Source of the DNA: Promethearchaeia archaeon
GTDB lineage: Archaea > Asgardarchaeota > Lokiarchaeia > Sigyniarchaeales > SOKP01
DNA length: 64,000 bases
Assembly (NCBI GenBank): GCA_029856105.1
Contig: JAHQWH010000155.1
Span: 32,001 to 96,000, forward strand
Reading direction: 5' to 3'
In this document: positions 50,902 through 61,131 of the stretch, piece by piece
Layout of the letters: each line of letters begins with the position of its first letter
Numbering within the stretch: position 1 is the first letter of the stretch
Notes under the pieces: model-generated
The model's database searches: none
Told to the model about the DNA's origin: nothing
What the model saw: only the letters and a program-made list of their open reading frames with translations
Made by a program: the position numbers and the translations under genes

Positions 50902-52170
50902 ATGACTAAAATTGAACCTGTTGATAGAGATTTTTTTTCTCCGTTTAATGAAGAAGCTTGCACTCTATGTGGAGAATGTTTTCATAATTGCCCCGTAATG
51001 GGACTTTCTATTGAAGAATCTATTGAGGAAATGAAAAAATTAATCGCTGGGAATGAAACAAAACGAGTGCTAAAAGAATGTCAAAGTTGTCATTCATGTA
51101 ATTTTTATTGCCCTGAAAATGCTCGTCCTGCAGAGTTGATTTTGCAGAGATGGAATGAAAAATATAAAGAAGAGGGGTTAAGAATCCGTGGGAAGTATTA
51201 CATGACGCTTTATCCGCACTACCCTAACTTCCGATCTTACGTTATGGACCACATGCCTAAAAAAACAAAAGAACTTGTTAAATCATGGGCAGATTTATCT
51301 CCTTTAAAAGGCGACACGCTTACTTATCCAGGATGTAACATAATTACATATGCCGAGTTAACGCAAACAAGCTTTTTTAAGGATCTAGACATTAGGGGTA
51401 GGCTTGAATATTGTTGTGGAGAAACACTATTTCGAACGGGATACGAGGACGAGTTATTTCAAGTTACTAAGAGGTTAGATAAATGGTTTAATATATTAAA
51501 ACCTAAGAATTTGCTAGTTTTGTGTACAGCAGGAACTAATGTTTTCAAAAATGTACTACCTCATTATGGATTAACCTATAAATTTGATTCTATTAAATCT
51601 TATATCCAATATTTATGGGAAAAAATAGAAAATGGTACAATTCAAATTACTAATAAATTAGATATGATGGTTTCAATTCAAGATTCTTGTTATTCAAAAA
51701 TGTTTGGAGATGACTACATGGATTTACCTCGAAAAATTTTAGAAGCAATTGGGGTAAAAGTAATCGAAATCGAAACATGTCGCGAAAATATGAGGTGCTG
51801 TGGAATTGGGGGTGGATTTTCTATGGATTCAGCGTATCACACAATGAAAATAAGATCAGCAACAATGAGAAACATAAAAGAATTTAAAAAAGTAAAAGTT
51901 GATGCGCTTTGTGTATATTGTGCAGGATGTCTCGCTACTTATAGTACAGCTAAAAAATTATATTTAGGGAAAATAAAAATCTATCATATTATCGAATTAT
52001 TACAAATGGCATGTGGAGAGAAGCCAATGTCTAATAAAGCAAAGAAAAAAAGAGCTAAGCACTTCTTCTGGGGGATCATGAAAAAGCAACTTCCGAAATT
52101 GCCTTCGAAAAAAACATTTAAAATAGCAGATCTACCAGAAGATCCACCACCGTATAGCGAGGCGTATTAA
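50902..52170 (+). CDS. Fe-S oxidoreductase, HdrD/GlpC-like (CCG domains)
   Basis: Two CxxCxxCxxxCP motifs, YPGC, CCG twice, QDSC. Confidence 0.9.
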   Translation: MTKIEPVDRDFFSPFNEEACTLCGECFHNCPVMGLSIEESIEEMKKLIAGNETKRVLKECQSCHSCNFYCPENARPAELILQRWNEKYKEEGLRIRGKYYMTLYPHYPNFRSYVMDHMPKKTKELVKSWADLSPLKGDTLTYPGCNIITYAELTQTSFFKDLDIRGRLEYCCGETLFRTGYEDELFQVTKRLDKWFNILKPKNLLVLCTAGTNVFKNVLPHYGLTYKFDSIKSYIQYLWEKIENGTIQITNKLDMMVSIQDSCYSKMFGDDYMDLPRKILEAIGVKVIEIETCRENMRCCGIGGGFSMDSAYHTMKIRSATMRNIKEFKKVKVDALCVYCAGCLATYSTAKKLYLGKIKIYHIIELLQMACGEKPMSNKAKKKRAKHFFWGIMKKQLPKLPSKKTFKIADLPEDPPPYSEAY

Positions 52171-52172
52171 AA

Positions 52173-53531
52173 ATGGTGGAAATTAAAAGAACTCCGGCTT
52201 TCAGAGAAGACTTATGTGATTTGTGTGGGCTTTGTTTTCATCTATGTCCAGTTCTACAATTACCTTTGGATGAAGCAAAAGAAGAGATTCAAAATTTAAT
52301 CGAAGGTCGAAAGTCAAATTATGTACTTGAAAAATGCAATACTTGTTTATCTTGCAATCTATACTGCCCTCAAAACGCTAATCCATATCAATTGATACTC
52401 GAGAGATGGAATGATTTGTATAAAGAGAGAGGTGCGCCTCCCCTTTACTATTTTGTTTGTCCCACTGAAGATCGTAACATTTGGCAACTTCTAAATTTGT
52501 TTTTATCTAATCGAGAAAGAAGATGGATATACAGGTGGATGCATTACATCCCTAAGAACGAGGATACTGTTTTGTTAATTGGAAACTATACACATATATT
52601 CCCATTTATCATTGGGGGTAGTAGATTGCTTGATTGCTTCAAACCTATTGATCGGATCGACCAATGGGAAGGAGGTGCTTACTTATACCAAGGAGGATAT
52701 TTAGATATTGTAAAAAAGATAGCTGAGAGGACAAAAAGAGATTTTGATAGTTGGGGCGTTAAAAATGTTGTTGCCACATTAGATGCTGTTGAGTATTTCT
52801 TCAAGGAAGTCCACCCGAAGGAAATGGGGGTGAAACACGATCAGAATTTTATAAATTTTCATCGCTGGTTATTGGATAATATTAGCTCTGGAGAAATCAA
52901 TCTTCAAAACCAACTTAATCTAACGGTTACCGTTCACGATAACTGCTTTTCTAAAGCACTAGGAGGATATTGGGAGGAACCAAGAACAATATTGGAGAAA
53001 TGCGGTTGTAAAATACTTGAGATGAAACATATTAAAAAAGATTCCTTATGTTGCGGGTTTGGAGCCGGGGCATCGTGGGTTAAGAATATTTCTCTACCTT
53101 TTGATATGATCTCTGAAGGAGTAAAAAAATTTAAGGAAGCAGAAGAGACCGGCGCAAAAGCACTAATAACTTACTGTGGAGGATGTCTTTATTTAATGTG
53201 GGCTACTAAGGAGTTGTTGAGAAGTAAAATAGATTTATATCATATCATTGAAATTGTCAGAATGGCAATGGGCGAAGAATTAGATTACCCTAAAGATCAC
53301 ATTAAACGAGCCTGGGATGTCGTTGCGATTATTACTTACTCTTTGCTACTATCGTCTTTTAAGAAAAACTTTTATATAAGAAGCATAACATACGACAAAG
53401 ATTTTAGCACATATAAACCGAAGAAATATTTACTATTAAGGTTGATAAGGTATCTGTTTGATTTCAAGTTAATTAGAATCGTTTACGCTAAAATATTTAG
53501 GTTAATGATGCCGATTATGAAGACTCGATAA
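52173..53531 (+). CDS. Fe-S oxidoreductase, HdrD/GlpC-like paralog
   Basis: Two ferredoxin motifs, HDNC, CCG, CGGC; first CCG domain degenerate. Confidence 0.9.
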   Translation: MVEIKRTPAFREDLCDLCGLCFHLCPVLQLPLDEAKEEIQNLIEGRKSNYVLEKCNTCLSCNLYCPQNANPYQLILERWNDLYKERGAPPLYYFVCPTEDRNIWQLLNLFLSNRERRWIYRWMHYIPKNEDTVLLIGNYTHIFPFIIGGSRLLDCFKPIDRIDQWEGGAYLYQGGYLDIVKKIAERTKRDFDSWGVKNVVATLDAVEYFFKEVHPKEMGVKHDQNFINFHRWLLDNISSGEINLQNQLNLTVTVHDNCFSKALGGYWEEPRTILEKCGCKILEMKHIKKDSLCCGFGAGASWVKNISLPFDMISEGVKKFKEAEETGAKALITYCGGCLYLMWATKELLRSKIDLYHIIEIVRMAMGEELDYPKDHIKRAWDVVAIITYSLLLSSFKKNFYIRSITYDKDFSTYKPKKYLLLRLIRYLFDFKLIRIVYAKIFRLMMPIMKTR

Positions 53532-53702
53532 AATATAATTTTATATTTTCTATATTGTTTAATTATTAATGTTATAAATATCGGCGAAACTATAGAATTT
53601 ATTGATTATCATTTACAATTTCACAAAAATGATTAAGAAATATGAATGGAAATTATAATCTCCTGATAAATATCATTTAAATATTGTATAAATTGTGTTC
53701 AG

Positions 53703-54752
53703 ATGGATTTAATTAATCAAAAATTTCTAAGAGAAGCAAGATTTTATGAAAAAATCAATGAAAAATTCTCCCAATGCCTAAGTTGTGAAAGAAAATGCAA
53801 AATAGCAAAAGGAAAAGTTGGTTTTTGTCAAACTCGAATTAATATAGCCGGAGTTATCTATACAATTGTTTATGGATTAATTCCTGCTTTATCTTTCAAT
53901 CCTATAGAAAAAAAACCATTATTTCATTATCATCCTGGAAGTACAGCTATAACCGTTGGTACTTATGGATGCAACTTCAATTGTTTTTGGTGTCAAAATC
54001 ACCATATTTCACATCCTAAAGAAAATATTGTTGATTTGGCCAGAAAGGCAAAAGATTATCTTTCCCCAGAAAAAGTAATCGAGCTAGCTATAAAAAATAA
54101 TTGCCAGGGAACATCAATCTCGTTTAATGAGCCTACACTACTATTTGAATATTCCTTAGATGTTTTTAAATTAGCAAAAAAGGAAGGGCTATACAATACA
54201 TATGTTACTAATGGATATATGACTGAGGAAGTATTAAAAGAATTGGTGAAAAGCGGATTAGATGCCATGAATATAGATATTAAAGGTGATAGTTTTATGG
54301 TCAAAAGATATTGTGATAGCGACATAGAAAATGTATGGAGAAATGCAAAATTAGCGAAAAATCATGGCGTACACATAGAAATAACAACACTTCTTATCGA
54401 AGATTTTAACACCGATGAAAAAATAATTAAATCAATTTCAGAAAGGATAATTACTGATCTGGGAAAAGAAACTCCATTTCATATTACTCGTTTTTTTCCA
54501 CATTACAAATCTCATGAACATGGTCTTATTAATCCAACTCCAATAAAAACTTTATATAAAGCATATGATATCGCAAAAAAAATCGGTTTAGAATTTGTTT
54601 ATTTAGGAAATTTGCCTAATTCGAAATACGAAAACACTTATTGTCCTAAATGTTCAAATTTAGTTATTGAACGATCTGGATTTGAAATTAATAGAGTTTT
54701 TTTGAATTCTCATGGAAATTGTAAATTTTGTGGAAGAAATATTTCCAAATGA
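53703..54752 (+). CDS. amrS: AmmeMemoRadiSam system radical SAM enzyme
   Basis: PIEKKPLFH, GCNFNCFWCQN, SFNEP, RFFPHY, YLGN, CPKC...CKFC. Confidence 0.9.
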   Translation: MDLINQKFLREARFYEKINEKFSQCLSCERKCKIAKGKVGFCQTRINIAGVIYTIVYGLIPALSFNPIEKKPLFHYHPGSTAITVGTYGCNFNCFWCQNHHISHPKENIVDLARKAKDYLSPEKVIELAIKNNCQGTSISFNEPTLLFEYSLDVFKLAKKEGLYNTYVTNGYMTEEVLKELVKSGLDAMNIDIKGDSFMVKRYCDSDIENVWRNAKLAKNHGVHIEITTLLIEDFNTDEKIIKSISERIITDLGKETPFHITRFFPHYKSHEHGLINPTPIKTLYKAYDIAKKIGLEFVYLGNLPNSKYENTYCPKCSNLVIERSGFEINRVFLNSHGNCKFCGRNISK

Positions 54753-54979
54753 AACTAAGGGTTTTTAAAAAAAATTCCTTTATAAATGTTTTTTATTGAA
54801 ATTCTGTGTAGAGATACCATTTATATATGGACTAAAAATATAATTTAATTACAAAAGGCCGAAAATCGGTAAATTTTAGTTATTCACAGCTAAAATTATG
54901 CTTTATAATGCAATTCTAAAGAAATCTAATAATTAATTAAAAAATTACATCTAATAGCGTAAAAAGGAGGGGGAAAATT

Positions 54980-56212
54980 ATATCTGATACTATTTCTAAA
55001 AAAAAAATTGAATATATCCAACAAAAAGACGAATTTGACTATTTAAAAAGCTTAATAGATTCTCTTGATAAGGGTAATTGTATAGGAATTTTACTACAAG
55101 GTCCACCAGGCACAGGGAAGACCTTGTTAGCAATTTCACTTGCTAAGGAATATAAAGCTTCTTACTATATTATTGACGGGTCACCTGACCTTGATAGAAG
55201 AGATATTGAAGGTAATTGGGAACTTTTAAAGGGCGAAACTAAATTTAATTATGGCCCTCTTACTTTAGCCATTAAGGATGCAAATAATGAAGGAATAGCT
55301 TTTATTATTATTAATGAAATTAACGCTATTCGCGAAAATGAACAAATATCGTTAAATTCTCTTCTATCCGAAAATCATATCAACTTAATTTCAAAGGGTT
55401 TTGAAAAACACGAATTAAATTCTGAAAGTAAATTAATCATTATAGGAACTATGAATAAAGGGGTTATTGGTATTAATAAATTACAAGAAGCCTTTGAAGA
55501 TCGCTTTATTATAACCCCTGAAATATCTTATCCGTTAAAAAACAAAGAAATTGATATTGCGAGCCAAATCTCGGGATGTAAGAAAAAGATTGCAGAGATT
55601 GTTGTAGATGCTGCCCGCCAAATTAGGAAACAGGCGATTCAGGATTATTCTATAACAAAAATATTTTCAACTCGCTTAGTAGTAAATTTCTGCATGTTAA
55701 TTTCTCTGATGCCCCCTAAATACTTAAAACACAACATCGAAAATGTAATCATCAATAAACTCGGAACTACTACTGAAGAAAAGAAAAGTATCGCCATGAT
55801 ACTTGATGGAAAGATGTTCGAGACCAAGTTAAAGGAAGAATTAATAAGTAAAAAGACAACTATAAAGAGCTGGGATTGTAAGTTAGATAAAGATTCACTC
55901 GACCAACTACTTACTAATACTAAAGCATGTTTTACTAATTATATTAGTAAATATGGTCGATCAAATGCGTTTAGACATAACGGAAATATAATGTGGAAAT
56001 TGATTCAATGGATGTGGTTAAATAAAAGGGAAACTTTACAAAATTATTTTCAATTGACAGAGGTTCTAAGCCTACATACACAATACAAGCAAGAAACAGG
56101 AAAAGACTACATTTACAACGGAAATATTACCTTAAATTATATAAAGTGGATATATCAGCATAATCCCGAAGATTTAAAGAAGTTTATGAAAGAATTATAT
56201 CCTGTTTTATAA
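54980..56212 (+). CDS. MoxR/CbbQ-like AAA+ ATPase
   Basis: Walker A GPPGTGKT lies upstream of the TTG at 55124; TMN, EDRF, STR. Start ATA 54980 (or ATT 54977) after SD AGGAGGGG. Confidence 0.88.
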   Translation: MSDTISKKKIEYIQQKDEFDYLKSLIDSLDKGNCIGILLQGPPGTGKTLLAISLAKEYKASYYIIDGSPDLDRRDIEGNWELLKGETKFNYGPLTLAIKDANNEGIAFIIINEINAIRENEQISLNSLLSENHINLISKGFEKHELNSESKLIIIGTMNKGVIGINKLQEAFEDRFIITPEISYPLKNKEIDIASQISGCKKKIAEIVVDAARQIRKQAIQDYSITKIFSTRLVVNFCMLISLMPPKYLKHNIENVIINKLGTTTEEKKSIAMILDGKMFETKLKEELISKKTTIKSWDCKLDKDSLDQLLTNTKACFTNYISKYGRSNAFRHNGNIMWKLIQWMWLNKRETLQNYFQLTEVLSLHTQYKQETGKDYIYNGNITLNYIKWIYQHNPEDLKKFMKELYPVL

Positions 56213-56262
56213 CTTAAAATATATATAAATTACATAAAATCAAATTAAAAAGCTGCGTAATC

Positions 56263-58332
56263 TTGTTAACTGAATTAATAGACCTTTTTGAAAGGGATTT
56301 TACATCCGATGTATTTGCTTTAACTAATATTGGAAAACGGATTAGTGGAAACAAGGATATAATGATACAGTATATAGGCAATATCCCTGCAGTTTATACT
56401 GATTGCAAATTTATATATTTACCTGACAAATTTAAAGAGGATATAAAAGCGGCTCAAGGGCTTGTTGCTCACGAAAGCGGTCACATAGGATACGGTTCAT
56501 TCGAACTAGGATTGATAAAATTGATTGATGGCCTTACTAAAAAATACAAATTACCACCGCTCTTTATTAAAAATTTAATTAATGTCGTTGAAGATGTAAG
56601 AATTAATGGTATTAATGATAAAAAATTCCCTGGTTTTTATAGAAATTTGAGGGAGTTAACACTTAAGATGTTACCACAAATTAAATCATCAATTAAATCG
56701 AACAATGACATATTATTATATATCAATTTGTATATGGAAGATTTCGACGAGTTCCAAAAAAAACCAAGTATAGGAATGTTCAATCTAAGTGAAAAAGATT
56801 GGAAAGGGGTTTTGAAGGTTAAAAAATTTCTTTTAAAGTCATTAAGCCCTAGTGCATCTATTATTTCGTGTGATGTGTTATGCAACATTCTCAAAAAGTA
56901 TTTCCCTGAAGAAGATTCGGGTTCGGCACAAAAGAAAGGTAATCCCAATCCCAATCCTAATATGAAACCTAATCCTAAAATGAACCCCCATCCTCAAATG
57001 AAAACTATCAACCATATGGAAATAAATGCTCGAAATAAAAAAAAAAAAGAAAAAACGGATTTAGATAAAATAAGTGAAAAGCTCATAGAAAAACTAAAAG
57101 ATACTAAGTTAAGTCCCGAGGATTTAGACGATTTAAAGGACCCTGCTGAAAATTTAAATCCTAAAGGGAATAAAAGCCGTAAAGAAAAAGATAGGGCCCA
57201 AAAAAGAAGTAAAAACAAAAAGAACAAGAAAGGAGACGGAGAAATAGATAAAGAATGTGATAAAAATAATCAAAGTAAAGATGCAAAGGAATCTGATAAA
57301 AAATTTAAAAATAGTTCTCAAGATGATGAACTTGATGATCTCATCAAAAAAAAATTTAATTTGGACGATTTAAAAAAAGATTTAAAACCAAGGAAAGAAG
57401 GTCATACCTCCATTAACAATGAAAGAAAAAAAGATAACTTTATAACAGAAATTAGAAAACTTGTTAAGAACGCGGATGACGCTATGAAAGAACGACTATT
57501 GATTTTAGGGGGAGGTAAATATTTTATCAGTTCAAGTAAGTGTGAACGTGAAAGAAAAGTAATCAATGTTAAAATTGAAAGTCAGAAAATGTGTCCTGAC
57601 ACTATGACTTATGTCCAAATTAAGGCTAAATATCATGGGATAATCAAAAAAATGAAGTTAATTTTTGCTGACTTGAAAAATAAAGCTGCGGTTGATACAT
57701 TTCAAAAGAAAGGGAGGCTAAATAACAAATATATAAAGGCAGTTACCAGTGATTATCAATTTAAGCAATGCTTTACAAGAAAAATAATAAAAAAAGAATT
57801 GAGGTTGCTACTAATAGTAGATATTAGTGGAAGCATGAAGGGTGTTAAGATTCGAGCAGCAAAAATAGCAATGGTCATGTTGTATGAAGCGCTTGAAGAT
57901 TTGGCGAAAATTAGAATAGTTCTGTTTACAGGCAGATATGACGCTTTGAATATTTTGGTGAAGGATTTTAACGAGCCTCTTAAACTTAATTATTTTGATA
58001 AGTTTGGTTGTCACCAAACTTCTCGTCAAAATTTAGATGGAATTTCAATAAAACACGAGTCTGAAAGACTGGAAAAGAACGATCTCATAATAGTCGTTTC
58101 AGATGGGCAACCCTCGGCAGACGGGGGATATAGCTTGTTTGATGCGATACCCGATATTCATGATGTTAGAAAACGTTTCAAAATATTTGCGTTTTCTATA
58201 GATTCTCAAGGTGATTATTTGAACAAAATGTATGGTAAAGATTGGATACTAACAAGTTCTCGAAAAGAATTAGAGTTAGGCAATAAAATGCTGAAATTTT
58301 GCCAAATAATCGTAAAAGAATTTTACAGATAA
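56263..58332 (+). CDS. VWA-domain protein (CobT/NorD-like partner of AAA+)
   Basis: N-terminal AHESGH and NVVEDVRI, charged low-complexity linker, MIDAS DISGS, VSDGQP. Confidence 0.88.
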   Translation: MLTELIDLFERDFTSDVFALTNIGKRISGNKDIMIQYIGNIPAVYTDCKFIYLPDKFKEDIKAAQGLVAHESGHIGYGSFELGLIKLIDGLTKKYKLPPLFIKNLINVVEDVRINGINDKKFPGFYRNLRELTLKMLPQIKSSIKSNNDILLYINLYMEDFDEFQKKPSIGMFNLSEKDWKGVLKVKKFLLKSLSPSASIISCDVLCNILKKYFPEEDSGSAQKKGNPNPNPNMKPNPKMNPHPQMKTINHMEINARNKKKKEKTDLDKISEKLIEKLKDTKLSPEDLDDLKDPAENLNPKGNKSRKEKDRAQKRSKNKKNKKGDGEIDKECDKNNQSKDAKESDKKFKNSSQDDELDDLIKKKFNLDDLKKDLKPRKEGHTSINNERKKDNFITEIRKLVKNADDAMKERLLILGGGKYFISSSKCERERKVINVKIESQKMCPDTMTYVQIKAKYHGIIKKMKLIFADLKNKAAVDTFQKKGRLNNKYIKAVTSDYQFKQCFTRKIIKKELRLLLIVDISGSMKGVKIRAAKIAMVMLYEALEDLAKIRIVLFTGRYDALNILVKDFNEPLKLNYFDKFGCHQTSRQNLDGISIKHESERLEKNDLIIVVSDGQPSADGGYSLFDAIPDIHDVRKRFKIFAFSIDSQGDYLNKMYGKDWILTSSRKELELGNKMLKFCQIIVKEFYR

Positions 58333-58428
58333 AGGTTATAAATATATTAAAATGGTAGAAATATCAAACACAGATTTTATAATTTTATTAAAATAATTGA
58401 AAGAAAGATTAATAATTTATTTCATAAC

Positions 58429-59199
58429 TCATAGATACTTTTTCAACCACATTACCGTATTAGTGATAAATTCTTTCAGAAATTTTGCTTCAAAATCATG
58501 GGTTGCGTTTTGTATTTCTATAAGCTTATTATTCTCATCTTTGGGTAACAATTGGAATGCTTTTCTTGTAAATTCTAGGGGAACTGACTCGTCCGAGGTG
58601 CCTTGCACTATAAGAGTAGGAGAATCTAGTTTCTTTAAAGAAGGTTTTACCCTAAATTTTGCAAAATCTGTCATAAAACTAAGATCAATTACGATAGGCT
58701 CACCATCTCCAGATGAGGGAATTTTTACAGGTCCTTTGTTTAAATCCTTAAACCAATCAGTTTGGTCTTCTGATGAATGAACAAAGAAGTACGGTGCCCA
58801 AAATATATACGTTATAATACCTGGTAAATTTGCTTTTAATGCTGTAATACCACCATATGAAAGGCCCAATACAGCAATTCTTGAATATCCTTGATTCTGT
58901 ACCCAATTATAAACATTTTCGAGATCGTTAGCTTGTTTAGATAATGTAATCGGCTCTCTTTTATTTTCGCCAGAGCCCGAGAAATCAAAGATAAGTACAT
59001 CATAACCTTCTTTATTTAAAGCTTTAGCTGTTTCAGGAAAGCGCCCCCACTCGTATTTATCCCCTGTAAAACCGTGACACATTATAAGAATGGGAGGTTT
59101 GTCTAAATTACTTTCATGCTTTTCTTCTGAAGTTATATAATGTACTCCATGGAGATCATTCCTATTTATATTAGGGATTAAGACTCTTTTTTCTATCAT
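58429..59199 (-). CDS. Alpha/beta hydrolase
   Basis: CHGFTG, DFSGSGE, GLSYGG, GTSD, ATHDF. Confidence 0.92.
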   Translation of the reverse strand: MIEKRVLIPNINRNDLHGVHYITSEEKHESNLDKPPILIMCHGFTGDKYEWGRFPETAKALNKEGYDVLIFDFSGSGENKREPITLSKQANDLENVYNWVQNQGYSRIAVLGLSYGGITALKANLPGIITYIFWAPYFFVHSSEDQTDWFKDLNKGPVKIPSSGDGEPIVIDLSFMTDFAKFRVKPSLKKLDSPTLIVQGTSDESVPLEFTRKAFQLLPKDENNKLIEIQNATHDFEAKFLKEFITNTVMWLKKYL

Positions 59200-59306
59200 A
59201 AGACATTCTTCATAATATTCATATTAAAAGTATTAAATTAAAAGTAAAATGATTTTAAAAATTTATTTTTGATTAAACTTATTTTTATTTTATTTTTTAA
59301 GATCTT

Positions 59307-60143
59307 ATGGTAGAAAAATTTGCTGATGCTAACGGTATTAAAATTTGTTATGAAATCCATGGAAAAGGATATCCCGTTGTACTAATACATGGATTTGGTT
59401 CGAAAAAAGAAAGTTTTATGGCTCAAATTCCTATTTTATCCCATAAATTTAAGATTATTTCATTTGATAATAGAGGTGCTGGAAAATCCGACCGTCCAGA
59501 CATTCCCTACACTATGGAGATGTTTGCTGACGACATAAGAGGGTTAATGGATTTTTTGAACATTGAAAAAGCTCATTGTATAGGTTTTTCATTAGGAGGA
59601 ACGATTTTACAAAATTTTGTATTAAAGTATCCTGAAAGAGTGAATAATTTAGTATTAATCAATTCAATTTCGAAGGTCCCAGAGGGATACGGGCCAGAGA
59701 TGTTTATTAATTCTCAACTTAAAGGTTTAGAATTGTTAAAACAAGATCCTGTAAGCGCATTCTGGCATGGTGCTAAAATAGGATTTTATATCAAATTTAG
59801 AAAAGAAATGGAAGCAAACCCTAAGAAGAAATTCTATGGTTTGTGGTCAGTTGAAGGCCTTATAAAATATTATAAAACTACCCCACCAACACCACAAGAC
59901 ATTAAAAATTTGGCTTATAGCCTAACGACTCAAAACACTTTTAAAAGATTAAAAGAAGTTGAACTTAAAACGCTAATTCTTACTGCTTCTCATGATAAAC
60001 TTGTCCCAAAATCTCTCATGTTAGAACTTCATAGGGAGATTCCTAACAGTATTTTTAAGGTAATTGACAAGGCAGGACATGAATCTATAAAAGAAAAAGC
60101 TCCTGAAGTAAATAAAATTATATTAAAATTCTTAGAAAATTAA
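59307..60143 (+). CDS. Alpha/beta hydrolase (tandem paralog 1)
   Basis: IHGFG, DNRGAGKS, GFSLGG, SHD, AGH. Confidence 0.93.
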   Translation: MVEKFADANGIKICYEIHGKGYPVVLIHGFGSKKESFMAQIPILSHKFKIISFDNRGAGKSDRPDIPYTMEMFADDIRGLMDFLNIEKAHCIGFSLGGTILQNFVLKYPERVNNLVLINSISKVPEGYGPEMFINSQLKGLELLKQDPVSAFWHGAKIGFYIKFRKEMEANPKKKFYGLWSVEGLIKYYKTTPPTPQDIKNLAYSLTTQNTFKRLKEVELKTLILTASHDKLVPKSLMLELHREIPNSIFKVIDKAGHESIKEKAPEVNKIILKFLEN

Positions 60144-60240
60144 TGAATAGATTAAAACAATATCTTGATTTAATATATTTAAAATTAATTTTTATGTTAA
60201 GAATAATTTACAACAAATTTTGTAATATAGGGGATTAAAA

Positions 60241-61077
60241 CTGTCAGAATTATACGCAGATGTTAATGGAATAAAATTATGCTATCAAATGCAAGGGCAA
60301 GAGTATCCCGTAATACTAGTACATGGTTTTGGAGGCAATAAAGAAGGCTGGATTGCCCAATATGGACCGTTGAGCGAAGAGTTTCAAGTTGTAAGATTTG
60401 ATAACCGCAATGGAGGAGGATCCGATCGTCCAAATGAACCTCTTACTGTTGAGATATTAGCCGATGATGTTAGAGGATTAATGGACTACCTTAAAATCGA
60501 GAAAGCACACATTATTGGTTGGTCATTAGGGGGTATCATCGTTCAAAAATTTGCGTTAAAATATCCGAGTCGATTGGATAAATTAATATTAATTAATACA
60601 GTCATGGGAGCTCCAAACGAACAGGGCGTTGAGTTGCTAAAAAAAAATATGATCGAAGAGTTAGAATTAAGAAAACAGGATCCCGAAGAAGATTTTTGGA
60701 GAGGTGCTAGGTTAGGTTTTTATTTAAAATTTAGGAAAGAAATGAAAGCAAATCCTAAAAAGAAATTCTATGGTTTATGGTCTGTAGAAGATCTAATTAA
60801 AAATTCAATAAAGGATCTACCCACGACTCAAGATATCATAAATCAATCAAACGCTCTCTTTAAAACGATTACATTAAATGATTTGAGTAAAATCAAAAAC
60901 CCTACATTATTATTAGCAGCTTCGCATGATAGATTAACTTCTAGTAATACTATGGCTGAAATGCATAAAGTTATACCAAATAGTACTTTAGAAATCATTG
61001 ATAAAGCTGGACATAGTTCACCCCATTCAAAAGCTCCGGAGATAAATAAAATTATAATCAATTTTTTAAAGAATTAA
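60241..61077 (+). CDS. Alpha/beta hydrolase (tandem paralog 2)
   Basis: GWSLGG. The N-terminal SELYADVNGIKLCY matches the paralogs, implying a CTG start at 60241. Confidence 0.92.
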   Translation: MSELYADVNGIKLCYQMQGQEYPVILVHGFGGNKEGWIAQYGPLSEEFQVVRFDNRNGGGSDRPNEPLTVEILADDVRGLMDYLKIEKAHIIGWSLGGIIVQKFALKYPSRLDKLILINTVMGAPNEQGVELLKKNMIEELELRKQDPEEDFWRGARLGFYLKFRKEMKANPKKKFYGLWSVEDLIKNSIKDLPTTQDIINQSNALFKTITLNDLSKIKNPTLLLAASHDRLTSSNTMAEMHKVIPNSTLEIIDKAGHSSPHSKAPEINKIIINFLKN

Positions 61078-61131
61078 ATATAGATTTAATAACAGAGACT
61101 AATTAAAGAATTATTTCAACTAATTTAAAAG

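Noticed and set aside
56941-57000. AATCCC/AATCCT short repeats as CRISPR or VNTR
   Set aside because: Coding low-complexity NP linker inside the VWA gene; no spacers.
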